IMG/VR virus record: IMGVR_UViG_3300024243_000011
Location: 1 to 64,000 of that record
Origin: an uncultured virus (IMG/VR IMGVR_UViG_3300024243_000011)
Taxonomy: Duplodnaviria > Heunggongvirae > Uroviricota > Caudoviricetes
Strand: one strand, 5' to 3'
DNA length: 64,000 nt
Shown here: piece by piece, positions 38,802 through 48,765 of the stretch
How positions within the stretch are numbered: position 1 is the first letter of the stretch
How the letters are laid out: each line of letters opens with the position of its first letter
Program-made: the position numbers and the translations under genes
Notes under the pieces: model-generated
Seen by the model: only the letters and a program-made list of their open reading frames with translations
Database searches by the model: none
What the model was told of the DNA's origin: nothing

Positions 38802-39983
38802 ATGAAGATATATCAAGTAGGTGGTAGCATTAGAGATGAGGTTCTTGGTATAGAGGCCAAGGATTTTGATTATGTTGTAGTTGGCGCTACTGTTGCTGAG
38901 TTTAAGGATAAATATCCTGAAGCTGAGTTGGTTGGTAAATCTTTTCCTGTTTTTATTGTTGATGGTGATGAATATGCTTTTGCAAGGATTGAAAGAAAGA
39001 TTGGTGTTGGTCATTGTGGGTTTGATGTTGATTATGAACCTACTGTAACCATTGAAGAGGATTTGATGAGAAGGGATCTTACGATTAACGCAATTGCAAG
39101 AGATGTTGAAACTGGCGAAGTGGTTTATGTTGATGGTGCTTATGAAGATATTAAAAGTGGTGTTCTTCGTCATGTATCTGATGCTTTTTGTGAAGACCCT
39201 TTGAGGGTTTATAGGCTTGCAAGATTTGCTGCTAAGTTTCCTGAGTTTGTTGTTTGTGACAAAACCAAAAAGCTCTGCGAAGGCATGAAGCGTGAGCTTT
39301 CTCACCTCCCGACTGAGCGTGTTTTTGCCGAACTTTGCAAGGCGCTTAATTGCGAAATGCCGAGTAGGTTTTTTACTGTCCTTGATGAATGTGGTGTGCT
39401 CGATGTTCATTTTAGTGAGATTGTTAAAATGAAAATTATCCCCGCAGGCCCAATTGAACACCATCCAGAGGGAGATCTTTTTAGTCATACTATGCAAGTG
39501 GTTGATGGTACTGTTAAGGATAGTGTGGCTAGGTTTGGAGCTTTGGTTCATGATTTTGGTAAGCTTGTTACTGACTCTAATAATTATCCTTGCCATTACC
39601 GTCATGATAGCGAAGGTGTTTTTAGTAGTGTCGTTATGGCTTTTTGTGATAAGTTTAAGGTAGGTGTAGAATATTCTAGGATGGCAACGTTTTGTGCGAG
39701 GCATCATATGAGGGTTGGAAAGTTTTTTGAAATGAAGCCTGGGAAGCTTGTTTCTATGTTTGAGTATATGTCTAGGTTTGTTATTGATTCTGATAAGTTT
39801 TTGTCTGTTGTTAATGCTGACGGTCAGAATGTTTGTAAAAAAGCTTTTGATTGTTGCTTAAAAAGTGTTATGATGGTAAAGCTTCCGGTGGAATATCATG
39901 ATCGTGGAACTAAGTGTAAAGATATTCTTATGAATCTTAGATGTCATAAACTTAACAATTGTAGGAATTTTTATAGTAAATAA
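38802..39983 (+). CDS. cca: tRNA nucleotidyltransferase (CCA-adding, class II) with HD domain
   Basis: YQVGGSIRD, DFDYVV, EYAFARIE, EDLMRRDLTINAIA, EDPLRVYRLARF, HDFGK. Confidence 0.93.
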   Translation: MKIYQVGGSIRDEVLGIEAKDFDYVVVGATVAEFKDKYPEAELVGKSFPVFIVDGDEYAFARIERKIGVGHCGFDVDYEPTVTIEEDLMRRDLTINAIARDVETGEVVYVDGAYEDIKSGVLRHVSDAFCEDPLRVYRLARFAAKFPEFVVCDKTKKLCEGMKRELSHLPTERVFAELCKALNCEMPSRFFTVLDECGVLDVHFSEIVKMKIIPAGPIEHHPEGDLFSHTMQVVDGTVKDSVARFGALVHDFGKLVTDSNNYPCHYRHDSEGVFSSVVMAFCDKFKVGVEYSRMATFCARHHMRVGKFFEMKPGKLVSMFEYMSRFVIDSDKFLSVVNADGQNVCKKAFDCCLKSVMMVKLPVEYHDRGTKCKDILMNLRCHKLNNCRNFYSK

Positions 39984-40004
39984 TTTGAATGGGGGAAGTT
40001 AATA

Positions 40005-40322
40005 TTGTCTGATTTAAATAATGATAAAAAATATGAAATAAATGATTTGTTGGATAGTGACGAAGTAAAACATTGCTTTCTTTATTGCAACCATTTAGGT
40101 CAAAAAACTAATACTAGGTGTTGTATATCTTATTGTTGTGATAAGAGTCAAAAATTTTCTGAGAAGTGGCGAATAAAGAGAATGGTCAAGTGTAATGTTT
40201 TTTTAAGTTGGCTACCATTGGTGTACAAAGAATCATTTTTAGAGGAAAATAAACCAAAGAAAAAAAAGAGGCAAGAAAGTAAGCCAAGGAAGAGGGTAAC
40301 TAATAGAAAGAAAAAGAAATGA
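40005..40322 (+). CDS. hypothetical Cys-containing basic protein
   Basis: ORF with several Cys, Lys-rich tail. Confidence 0.5.
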   Translation: MSDLNNDKKYEINDLLDSDEVKHCFLYCNHLGQKTNTRCCISYCCDKSQKFSEKWRIKRMVKCNVFLSWLPLVYKESFLEENKPKKKKRQESKPRKRVTNRKKKK

Positions 40323-40392
40323 TTTTATAAATATTGTAATGTTTGCTAAGCTATATATAACTGTTAACATATTAAAAAAGGACTTTTAATTA

Positions 40393-41490
40393 ATGAATAT
40401 GAAAAGTGTTTGTGTTGTTGAAGATGGTTTAACTTTTGATGATGTTTCAATTATTCCAAAATATTCAGATATAAAAACGAGAGCTAATGTTGACTTGTCT
40501 GTTGATTTGGGTGTTGGCATTAAACTGAATGTTCCCATTATTGCTAGTCCTATGAAAAGTGTCTGCGAAGTTGATATGGCAGTCGCTATGGCAAGGTTAG
40601 GTGGCATTGGTATTATACATAGATTTTGCACTATTGATGAACAGGTAAAAATGGTTAAGGATGCTAAGGATATTTTGTGTAGGGATAATGCTATTGGAAA
40701 TATTAATTGTTATGTTGGTGCTGCTATTGGTGTTAATGAATATGAATATAAAGAAAGAATGGCTGCTTTAGTTGATGCGGGAGTTGATTTGATTAATTTG
40801 GATGTTGCTCATGGTCATCATGTTTTATCTAAAATTGCGTTAAAATATATTAAAAATAATTTATCAAGGCCGGTTCATATTATGGGCGGTGCAGTTTGTA
40901 CTTCTGAAGCAGTTAGGGATTTAGCTAAATGGGGTGTTGATAGTGTTCGTTGTGGCATTGGCCCAGGTTCTGGATGTACTACTAGGTTGATGGCTGGTAT
41001 TGGTGTTCCTCAAGTTACAGCAATTAGCAATTGTTCATGGGCTGCTGATGAGTTTGGTATAAAAGTAATTGCTGATGGTGGTATAAGAATTCCTGGCGAT
41101 GTTTGTAAGGCAATTGCTCTTGGCTCTGATGTTTGTATGCTTGGAGGTTTGTTGGCAGCAACCATGGAATCTCCAGGTATAATTATTAAAGAGGGAATGT
41201 GGCCTAATGAGAAAAAGTATAAGACTTATTCTGGTTCAGCGTCGTATGCTGCAAAAGCTGAGCGTGGGGAATCAGATAGCAATGTTGAGGGAGCTTCTAT
41301 GAGATTACCATACAAGGGCAATGTTGATCATATTGTTAATAGTATATGTGATGGCTTAAAGAGTTCGTTATCGTATGTTGGTGTTGATAACATTAGGGCA
41401 TTTCAGATTAAGTCTACGTTTGTTAAGGTTAGTGCATCTAGTATTGTTGAAAGTAAGCCGCATGGCTTGTTTAATAGTTTTGGGGGGTAA
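40393..41490 (+). CDS. guaB: IMP dehydrogenase / GMP reductase family (no CBS domains)
   Basis: LTFDDV, SPM, GGIGIIHR, DVAHGH, GIGPGSGCTTR, IADGGI, VEG; IMPDH vs GMPR not resolved. Confidence 0.85.
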   Translation: MNMKSVCVVEDGLTFDDVSIIPKYSDIKTRANVDLSVDLGVGIKLNVPIIASPMKSVCEVDMAVAMARLGGIGIIHRFCTIDEQVKMVKDAKDILCRDNAIGNINCYVGAAIGVNEYEYKERMAALVDAGVDLINLDVAHGHHVLSKIALKYIKNNLSRPVHIMGGAVCTSEAVRDLAKWGVDSVRCGIGPGSGCTTRLMAGIGVPQVTAISNCSWAADEFGIKVIADGGIRIPGDVCKAIALGSDVCMLGGLLAATMESPGIIIKEGMWPNEKKYKTYSGSASYAAKAERGESDSNVEGASMRLPYKGNVDHIVNSICDGLKSSLSYVGVDNIRAFQIKSTFVKVSASSIVESKPHGLFNSFGG

Positions 41491-42576
41491 ATGCGAAATT
41501 TTAATTTTAATGACAATGGTGTTGATGGTGTTGATAGGGATATTTTAAACTTTGGCTTAAAAGAAATTTCTTCTGACGTAATTGTTGGTTTACAATATGG
41601 TGATTGTGCTAAAGGCAAAGTTACTAAATGGTTGTTAGATAAATATTTTTATGATTATTGTGTTAGGTATAATGGTGGTGATAATGCTGGCCATACTATT
41701 TATAAAAAAGGTAAGAAGTTGGTTACTCATTTTGTTCCAGCAGGTGCTTTTAGTGATTTACGAACTGTTTCGGTAATTGGTCCCAATTGTTTGCTTCATG
41801 TTAATAAGTTCTTTAAGGAACTCAAATATTTAAATGATAATGGTATTAATGTTAATAGTGATAATATTAAAATTTCTTATAATACTCACATTATTACTGA
41901 TGATAATATTCTTGAGGATGAGGAAATGGATTATATTGGTAGTACAAAAAGAGGCATTACTTTTGCGTATAGAGATCGTGTTCTTAAGAATTCTAGTAGG
42001 GCAGAAGACATACCTGAATTAGATGATTTTATTTGTGATCCTGTACAGTTGTTTAATAAGTCTGATAAGCATAGTGGTACAACACGCATATTATTTGAAG
42101 GCGCACAAGGTTTTGGCTTAGATTTATCTTTTGGTGATTATCCATATGTTACTTCCTCTAATTGTATTGCTAGTTCTGCGTTTTTAAATGGTGTTTCTCC
42201 GAAAACATTGCGTAAAGTTTATGGTTGTGCAAAAATTTATGAGACATATGTTGGAACAAAGGATTTTCATGGTGATGGTGATATTTTTAATGAGTTGCAA
42301 AAGCTAGGAAATGAATATGGCGCAACTACTGGCAGATCTAGACAATGTAATTGGTTGGATTTGGGCTTGTTAGTTCGTGCTATTATTGTCAATGGTGTTG
42401 ATGTTGTCATTTTTTCTAAAGTTGATGTAATAAAAGAGTTGAATCATTTTGAAATAAGAAACCCAAATATTAAGTTTTCTAATTATGATGATATGGAATA
42501 CTTTATTTCTGAGCGCCTTCATCGAGCTTTTCCTAATATTGAATTGATTTTTTCTGATGTTCCTCACACTGTTTAA
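41491..42576 (+). CDS. purA: adenylosuccinate synthetase (short form)
   Basis: GLQYGDCAKGK, GGDNAGHT, IGSTKRG, FEGAQG, YPYVTSS, EYGATTGR.R. Confidence 0.92.
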   Translation: MRNFNFNDNGVDGVDRDILNFGLKEISSDVIVGLQYGDCAKGKVTKWLLDKYFYDYCVRYNGGDNAGHTIYKKGKKLVTHFVPAGAFSDLRTVSVIGPNCLLHVNKFFKELKYLNDNGINVNSDNIKISYNTHIITDDNILEDEEMDYIGSTKRGITFAYRDRVLKNSSRAEDIPELDDFICDPVQLFNKSDKHSGTTRILFEGAQGFGLDLSFGDYPYVTSSNCIASSAFLNGVSPKTLRKVYGCAKIYETYVGTKDFHGDGDIFNELQKLGNEYGATTGRSRQCNWLDLGLLVRAIIVNGVDVVIFSKVDVIKELNHFEIRNPNIKFSNYDDMEYFISERLHRAFPNIELIFSDVPHTV

Positions 42577-42644
42577 AAATATTTTTGTTTTTTTTGGTTT
42601 TAGCAATATACTTATAGTTGTGTAATGTTTTTTATGTTGGATAG

Positions 42645-44432
42645 GTGTGTATGAGTAAAGACAACAAAGAAGATAATATAGAACAAAAGCAACCTGATGT
42701 AGATGTTGATATGCTATATAAGGGCTTAAAAGATGGTACAAATATAATTGTTGACAAAAAAGAGCATGAGTTTTTAATTAGCTATTTTGCCGATACTATT
42801 GATGTTATTGAAAAAATGGAAAAACATACAGATGAGGAAGATTCAGAAGAAGAGTGCGATTGTGAGGTTTGTCAGAGTGCTGATGTCTCTGACGATCCTT
42901 TCGTTTACATGTACTTCTCTGATAATTTAAATGGTATTTTTTATAATATGAAAATGCCTGTATCTATTACTGATCAACAAATTGATAAAATATTGGAGGA
43001 AGAATAATGGGTCAAACGTTAGCTAACATTAAGCGTGCTAAGATTAAAAAGAAAGTAATTAAAGGGTCAAGGCCAAAGCCCAAGCTAGAAGTTAAGACTA
43101 AAAGGGAAGAAGATGTTGTTGAAGATGTTGTTGAAGATGTTGTTGAAGATGTTGTTGATGTTGAAAAAAACATTGTTAAGAAGAAGTATGGTGGTAGTAG
43201 GAAAGTTAAGGGTAGTAAGGGTAGTAAGGGTAAAAAAAAGAACTTTAAGAAAGATTAATATAGGAAATTTATTTTATGAATAACAAAGTATTATTATTAG
43301 AAAAAAAGCTTGCGGATTCTTCTGCCGATTCGCAAATTGACTCCTTTATTATTGATGCAGAAAAAAACGCAGCACAGATCAAGCCTTCTATTGGGGATGA
43401 TTTAGATTTATCTGGTGCGCCACCAACATCAGACATTGACAGTTCTGTACAAAAGACTGAGAGCGTTAAGTTTTTTGGAAATGATTATGTGTCTAGTGTT
43501 TTAAGGGAAAATATTGATATATTAAATGAAGAGGGTGAGGATGACAAGGGCATTAAAAATAATTTAAAGCTAAAAGTCAATGTTGACTCTCCTTCTAAGC
43601 CCGATAGGAAGTTAGACAAAATTGATGTTGATGTTTTTGTTGCTAATATGGCAAGGTTAATGCAACATACTGAAGACTTGTTGTCTATTAAAAAGGTTGT
43701 TTATAATAGGAGTTTAAACTTTCTTGAAAAAAATTATGGTTTAGATTCTAAAAGGTTAGCTAAGATTTCATTTAATGTAAATTTTGATGTAAAAGAAGAA
43801 GATTTTGAATTTGATAATGGAGAATAAATAACATGTCTTTAATTAATGATATTTTTGATAGAGATTTAGATAGTAAATTTGACAAGCTTGTTTCAGAGGC
43901 AATCACAGGTCAAACAATTCCAGCAGATATTTTGCAAAAGGTAAAAGATAAGTGTAATGAAATTATTATAAAAGCTGATCAAGCTTCTAAGCTTGGTGTT
44001 AATGGTTGTGAGGAACTTATTAAAGTTGTCAATGATCTATATCCATTGATGGATGCTTTAAAGGCCAGCTTTTCAGAGTTTGAACGATTACCTTATATTG
44101 AAAATGTTGTAGATAAGTTTGTTACGGCAGTGTCTGATATGTTGAGATCTGATGTTGAAGAAGGAATTATTGATGTTGGGACTAATTATTCCAACATTAA
44201 CGTTATGGAATATATTAATGATATTATAGCAAACAATATTAATGGCTTAGGTGACGTTGTAGATAAGATTTTTATGGACAAAGATGCGTCTGAGTTGGAT
44301 GATAATGTTGTTTATGATGATTTTGTTGGAAAGGTTTTAAGAGTTGTTGGCGCTAATTCGGATGGGTTTTTATCAACCTTAGATAGAGTTAACCTATCAG
44401 ATATGTTTAATAGTGATGGTAATGCTGTTTAA
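42645..44432 (+). CDS. four hypothetical proteins (42645-43007, 43007-43258, 43276-43827, 43833-44432)
   Basis: contiguous ORFs; no function recognised. Confidence 0.55.
43109..43156 (+). repeat. 12-bp tandem repeat x4 (EDVV)
   Basis: gaagatgttgtt four times in frame. Confidence 0.9.
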
Positions 44433-44434
44433 TA

Positions 44435-45867
44435 ATGTTTACTTTTAAAAAGTTTTTATTGTTCATTAAGAATTATTGGTATGTTCCAGTGTTAGCTTTA
44501 GGTTTGTTTGCTTTATTTTTTTTGACAATGTTTATTAAGGACAAAGTTAAAGGCAAAAAGGTTAGAGATAACAATAAAAATGTTTTGAATATGTATAATG
44601 ATATAATTTCTAAAATATCTGATAGTAGTAAAAAATATGTGGAAGATTGTAAGAAGCTTAATAAAAAATATGATAACAATATTGAAGAAGTTGACAAGAA
44701 GTTACATGATGATATAAAAGATATAGATAATAAATATGATGTTAAAAAAGAAGAAGTTAAAAATGAAATAAAGAATAAAATTGATAATCAAACTGAACAT
44801 TATGAAAAGAATCCTGAAGATTTGGAAGGATGGTTTAATGATAGGCTGTGATTGTTGTATTTAGCTTATGGAGAAATAATTAATTGGAAGTTAAAATTAT
44901 AGCGACTATTTGTGCTGCTGTTTTCTCTTTGTTGTCTGGTGTTATATTATTGCTTATAAAAAAAGTTTTTGATTTTATAACTATGAAAAAATCTGTTGTG
45001 GAAAAGCTTGATGAGCTTAAGTGTTCAATTAATGATCTTAATAATAATGTTGAGGATCATAATAATAGCTCTAAAGAGTTTTTTTTGACTGGAAAATTGC
45101 ACACAGAGTTTCAGAATAAAGAAGTCGATAAAATAACTGGATTGTTGGGTGATATTAGGGATCAGTTAATTAATAATAACAATAGGAAGTAAAAAGTAAA
45201 ATGGGAGTTTTAACTTATGAATAAATTGAAAGTTTTTTATGATTCTAATAGGTGTTTTAAAGTATTTATTGACAATGGGTATAAGGTTTTTTTTGGTTTA
45301 AGTATTATGATTTTTATTTTGACATTTGCAGTTGCTTGTTTGTAATTTGTAAAGTAATAAGGTTTTATTATGATTAAAATATTTAGATTTATTATTGTGG
45401 TATTTATTTGCATTGGTTTTTCTTTTAACGTTTTGGCTGATGAGATTATTAAGGGCGCTACATATGTTTCTTATGGTGAAAAGGTTTTAGTAGATTCAAT
45501 GTGTTTTACTATTCCTTATGCGACTAGGTTAAAGGTAGAGTTAGAGTATTGTGATAATAAAATTTCTTATATTGAATTAGATAGAATTGCTGAAAAGTTG
45601 CGTGCTGAACATTTAGCATTTGTTGTAAAAGTTAAATTAAAGTATCAGTTGGATTTGGATAAATGTAATTTATTAGTTGAAAAGGAGAGGAATGATTTTA
45701 TTGTTGTTAACGATAAGTTTCAAAAGCTTTCTAATGATTATATTAATTTGAACAATTCAACAAATGACTTTAGTTCTGGTAAAAAGATAGTTTGGTTTTC
45801 TGTTGGTGTTGGTACAGCGGCAGTTATTATATTTGGTTCAATATATTTTGTAAGTTTATTAAAATAA
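44435..45867 (+). CDS. three TM/coiled-coil proteins (44435-44851, 44884-45192, 45370-45867), possible lysis or envelope module
   Basis: N-terminal TM + coiled coil; the third has a signal peptide and C-terminal TM. Confidence 0.45.
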
Positions 45868-45879
45868 AGTGGAGGTATT

Positions 45880-46606
45880 ATGGGTAATAATTTAACTAGT
45901 TTGCAGACTGAAAGGATTAGTGATTGTGTTAGCAAGTTGTTGTCATTAGCAGATCCTAATAAGTGGAAGAATGATCCAGGGTTTTTGCCGTTAGTAAGAA
46001 GTATAGTTATTTCGGTTAAGAATGGCTTGGAGAATGTTGGCGTTAAAAACATTGATTTAATAAAGGCTATCGAGTGTATTGATTATGCAAGGCCTGATTT
46101 GGCGTATAAGTATTTATTTGAGTCTTCATCCGTTATTGATGTTATGTCAGGCCAGTTATCTAGCAAGTACGGTGACGGCTATAAAGATGGTGCTTATAAG
46201 GATTTGCATAGTTTGATAGTTTAATTTTTATGGAGAACTTTTAGTGTTAATGAAAAAGCATTTAAATATTTTACTGGAAGGCATTTCTGATGTTTTTAAT
46301 AACAAAGAAGTGGAGGTGATTGATGATGAACATATTGATGCCTTAAATGAGAATATCTTTTTTGATGGTGATTTGTTTACTAAATTTTTTGATGATAACG
46401 TTGTTTTATCTTCTCTAGAAAAATGTATAATGTTGGCTTTAAAGTCTGGAGAGAGCATTCCTACTTCTTCACAAACTATGGATAAGTGTGGGTTTTATGA
46501 AGAAGTTAATTTGTATATGAATGGAGTGGGGGAGTCTGAGGCAACTATAAAAGATATTAAAGATTGTTTGTTGGCTATGATTTTAAATGGTTCTATGGAG
46601 AAGTAA
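45880..46606 (+). CDS. two hypothetical proteins (45880-46224, 46244-46606)
   Basis: ORFs with RBS. Confidence 0.5.
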
Positions 46607-48674
46607 TGGTTTGTCTGACAAGAAAAAGAAGGTAATCCAGGAAATTAGTTTAGTGCCGAATGTAGATCGTCCTGCAATTGAATTTTCTTCTTATCGTGGT
46701 GCTAGCTCTTCTGATTGTCTTGTTGGTAGTGGTAGTTATTATGATTTCAATGGCCTCCCTTATGAAGAATATGATTTATATGACATTTGTTTAAGTGAAG
46801 AAGGGGGTGTTGTTGACAAACCTAACGTTGGTGTTGTTGGGTATTTCATTGGTGGTTTCCGGCCCCCTCACTTAGCTCATTTTAATCATATTATTGAAGC
46901 AGCTAGCAAGTGTGACAAGCTGTTTGTCGTTTCTTCTACTAAATCTAAAAGAACATGTTTTTCTAATTTGTATAACAAAGAGTTGATTTTTGATTTTGAT
47001 ATCACTGAGCACATTTTTAATGTATTTAAAGGGTACGTTAACAGTGGCGTGGTTAAATTTATTTATGTTGATGAAAGTCCCTTTAAGTATGTTTGGGATT
47101 CTATTGACGGTTATTTAAATAATGGTTTTGATTTTAAGGAGGTTAAATTGTTTGTTGGAAGTAAAGATTCAGGTAGGTTTGATTATTTTATTAATAACTT
47201 TGGTGATAAATATGGTTGTGATTGTATTAATGTAGAACAATTCGAGTCTCCAGCCTTTCCAAACTCTACTGATGTTCGGCAGGCTATATGTGATGGGGAT
47301 ATAAAGAAATTTTACATGTCAATGCCACAAGTAGTTAAGTATGGTAAGGTTAGAGATATAATTGGACATATATATGATCATAATGGTATTGATGTTAATG
47401 GTATTAATGAGGTTAATAAAAGAGATTTTTTAGGTGGCAGGCTGCTGTTGTGTGGAGGTCTGGGTGGTCATATAATGCACCCATATGAGAATGTTAATTT
47501 AAAGTTCTCAGATTTGGCTGACTTAGTTGATGACTTTAAGTTTGGCAAAATTGATAATGTGGTTGAGAAGACAGATGGTGTAAATATTTTTGTATCTTGG
47601 GATGACGATAGAAATGTTGTGGTATTTGCTAGAAATGTTGGAGAAGTTGTTCGAGGGGGGTTAACAAAAGACGAATTGTGTGGTAAGTTTGCTGGTAGGG
47701 GAAGTTTGTATGATTTGTTTAAGCATTCTTCTGATGTCATAAGTGATGTGTTTGTTAGGGTTGGCAATGATATTAAAGAGGTGCTAAGTGATAACAAGTG
47801 GGTGAGCGTTGAAATTATTTATAACGATCACAACAATGTAATAAGATATGGTAAGAATTATATTGTTTTTCATAATGTTGTGAGTTTTGATAATGATAAA
47901 AGGGAGTTTATTGGTTGTAATGAGTATCTTTGTAACGACAATTTGTTTGATAGGTTAAATGTGGTTGTAAAAAAATCACAAAAGTTGTGGAATGTTATGT
48001 CAGATGTAAAACATAATATTGACAATGTTAGTTTTGACGATGGATTTATTGGCGAGGTTAAGGGTATGATTAAATCGATTACTAATAGTTCTGAAAATTT
48101 AAGTAATGATAGTACTATTTCTGATTATTTGTATGATAAGTTTTATAAGGCTCTAGGTAAGTTGTTTGATAAATATGATTTAAATGATGATAGCTTAGTT
48201 GATTTACTTGCTAAGAGAATGGCATTTAATGACAAAAAGGCAATAACTATTAATCAACTTAAAAAGAAGATTAGTGATGTTGATTTGTTTAATGAGCTTA
48301 AGGTGTTCTTGTCTGACCCTAATACTAGTAAACTGAAGAATCAATACTTAAGGCCATTAATGGTGATATTTATAAAATTTGGTATACATGTTTTACAGCA
48401 GATAGAGTCTGGTTTGCTTAACAATAAGGATGATGAGGCTAAGCGTTTGGCTAAGCTTATTGATAATGAAATTAACTCTATATTATCTTCTAATGATGAT
48501 GATAAGGTTAGTAGGTTAAATAGGGCGCTTGAATTATTATCAGATAGCGGCAGTGATGATATTGATCTTTCTAGTGTTATTGAGGGCATTGTGTTTAATT
48601 GGAAAGGTAGTGTGTATAAATTAACTGGAATTTTTTCACAACTTAATAAAATTTTGTGGCTCAATAAAAAATAA
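46587..48674 (+). CDS. cytidylyltransferase-like (HxGH) domain fused to an ATP-dependent ligase-like nucleotidyltransferase domain
   Basis: GGFRPPHLAH, GSKD..RF, STDVR; then GHIMHPYE, EKTDG, EGIVF, YKLTG. Confidence 0.7.
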   Translation: MVLWRSNGLSDKKKKVIQEISLVPNVDRPAIEFSSYRGASSSDCLVGSGSYYDFNGLPYEEYDLYDICLSEEGGVVDKPNVGVVGYFIGGFRPPHLAHFNHIIEAASKCDKLFVVSSTKSKRTCFSNLYNKELIFDFDITEHIFNVFKGYVNSGVVKFIYVDESPFKYVWDSIDGYLNNGFDFKEVKLFVGSKDSGRFDYFINNFGDKYGCDCINVEQFESPAFPNSTDVRQAICDGDIKKFYMSMPQVVKYGKVRDIIGHIYDHNGIDVNGINEVNKRDFLGGRLLLCGGLGGHIMHPYENVNLKFSDLADLVDDFKFGKIDNVVEKTDGVNIFVSWDDDRNVVVFARNVGEVVRGGLTKDELCGKFAGRGSLYDLFKHSSDVISDVFVRVGNDIKEVLSDNKWVSVEIIYNDHNNVIRYGKNYIVFHNVVSFDNDKREFIGCNEYLCNDNLFDRLNVVVKKSQKLWNVMSDVKHNIDNVSFDDGFIGEVKGMIKSITNSSENLSNDSTISDYLYDKFYKALGKLFDKYDLNDDSLVDLLAKRMAFNDKKAITINQLKKKISDVDLFNELKVFLSDPNTSKLKNQYLRPLMVIFIKFGIHVLQQIESGLLNNKDDEAKRLAKLIDNEINSILSSNDDDKVSRLNRALELLSDSGSDDIDLSSVIEGIVFNWKGSVYKLTGIFSQLNKILWLNKK

Positions 48675-48685
48675 TTTTCAAAAGT

Positions 48686-48716
48686 GGTTAACAAATGGGT
48701 GCCAATGTGGTACAGT
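48686..48716 (+). promoter_or_regulatory. GGTTAACA-N17 promoter element
   Basis: ggttaaca aatgggtgccaatgtgg tacagt. Confidence 0.75.
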
Positions 48717-48765
48717 GTGTCTGCGTCTTGATGATTTTCACATTTTGACTGGAATGGAGGGTTTG

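Noticed and set aside
38799..39707. 302-aa minus-strand ORF
   Set aside because: Antisense shadow of the CCA-adding enzyme gene; no motifs or RBS.
41491..42576. PurZ (2-aminoadenine, Z-genome) instead of PurA
   Set aside because: The catalytic Asp is retained (QYGD, not QYGS) and the GATTGR.R loop is PurA-like; no DatZ/MazZ recognised nearby.
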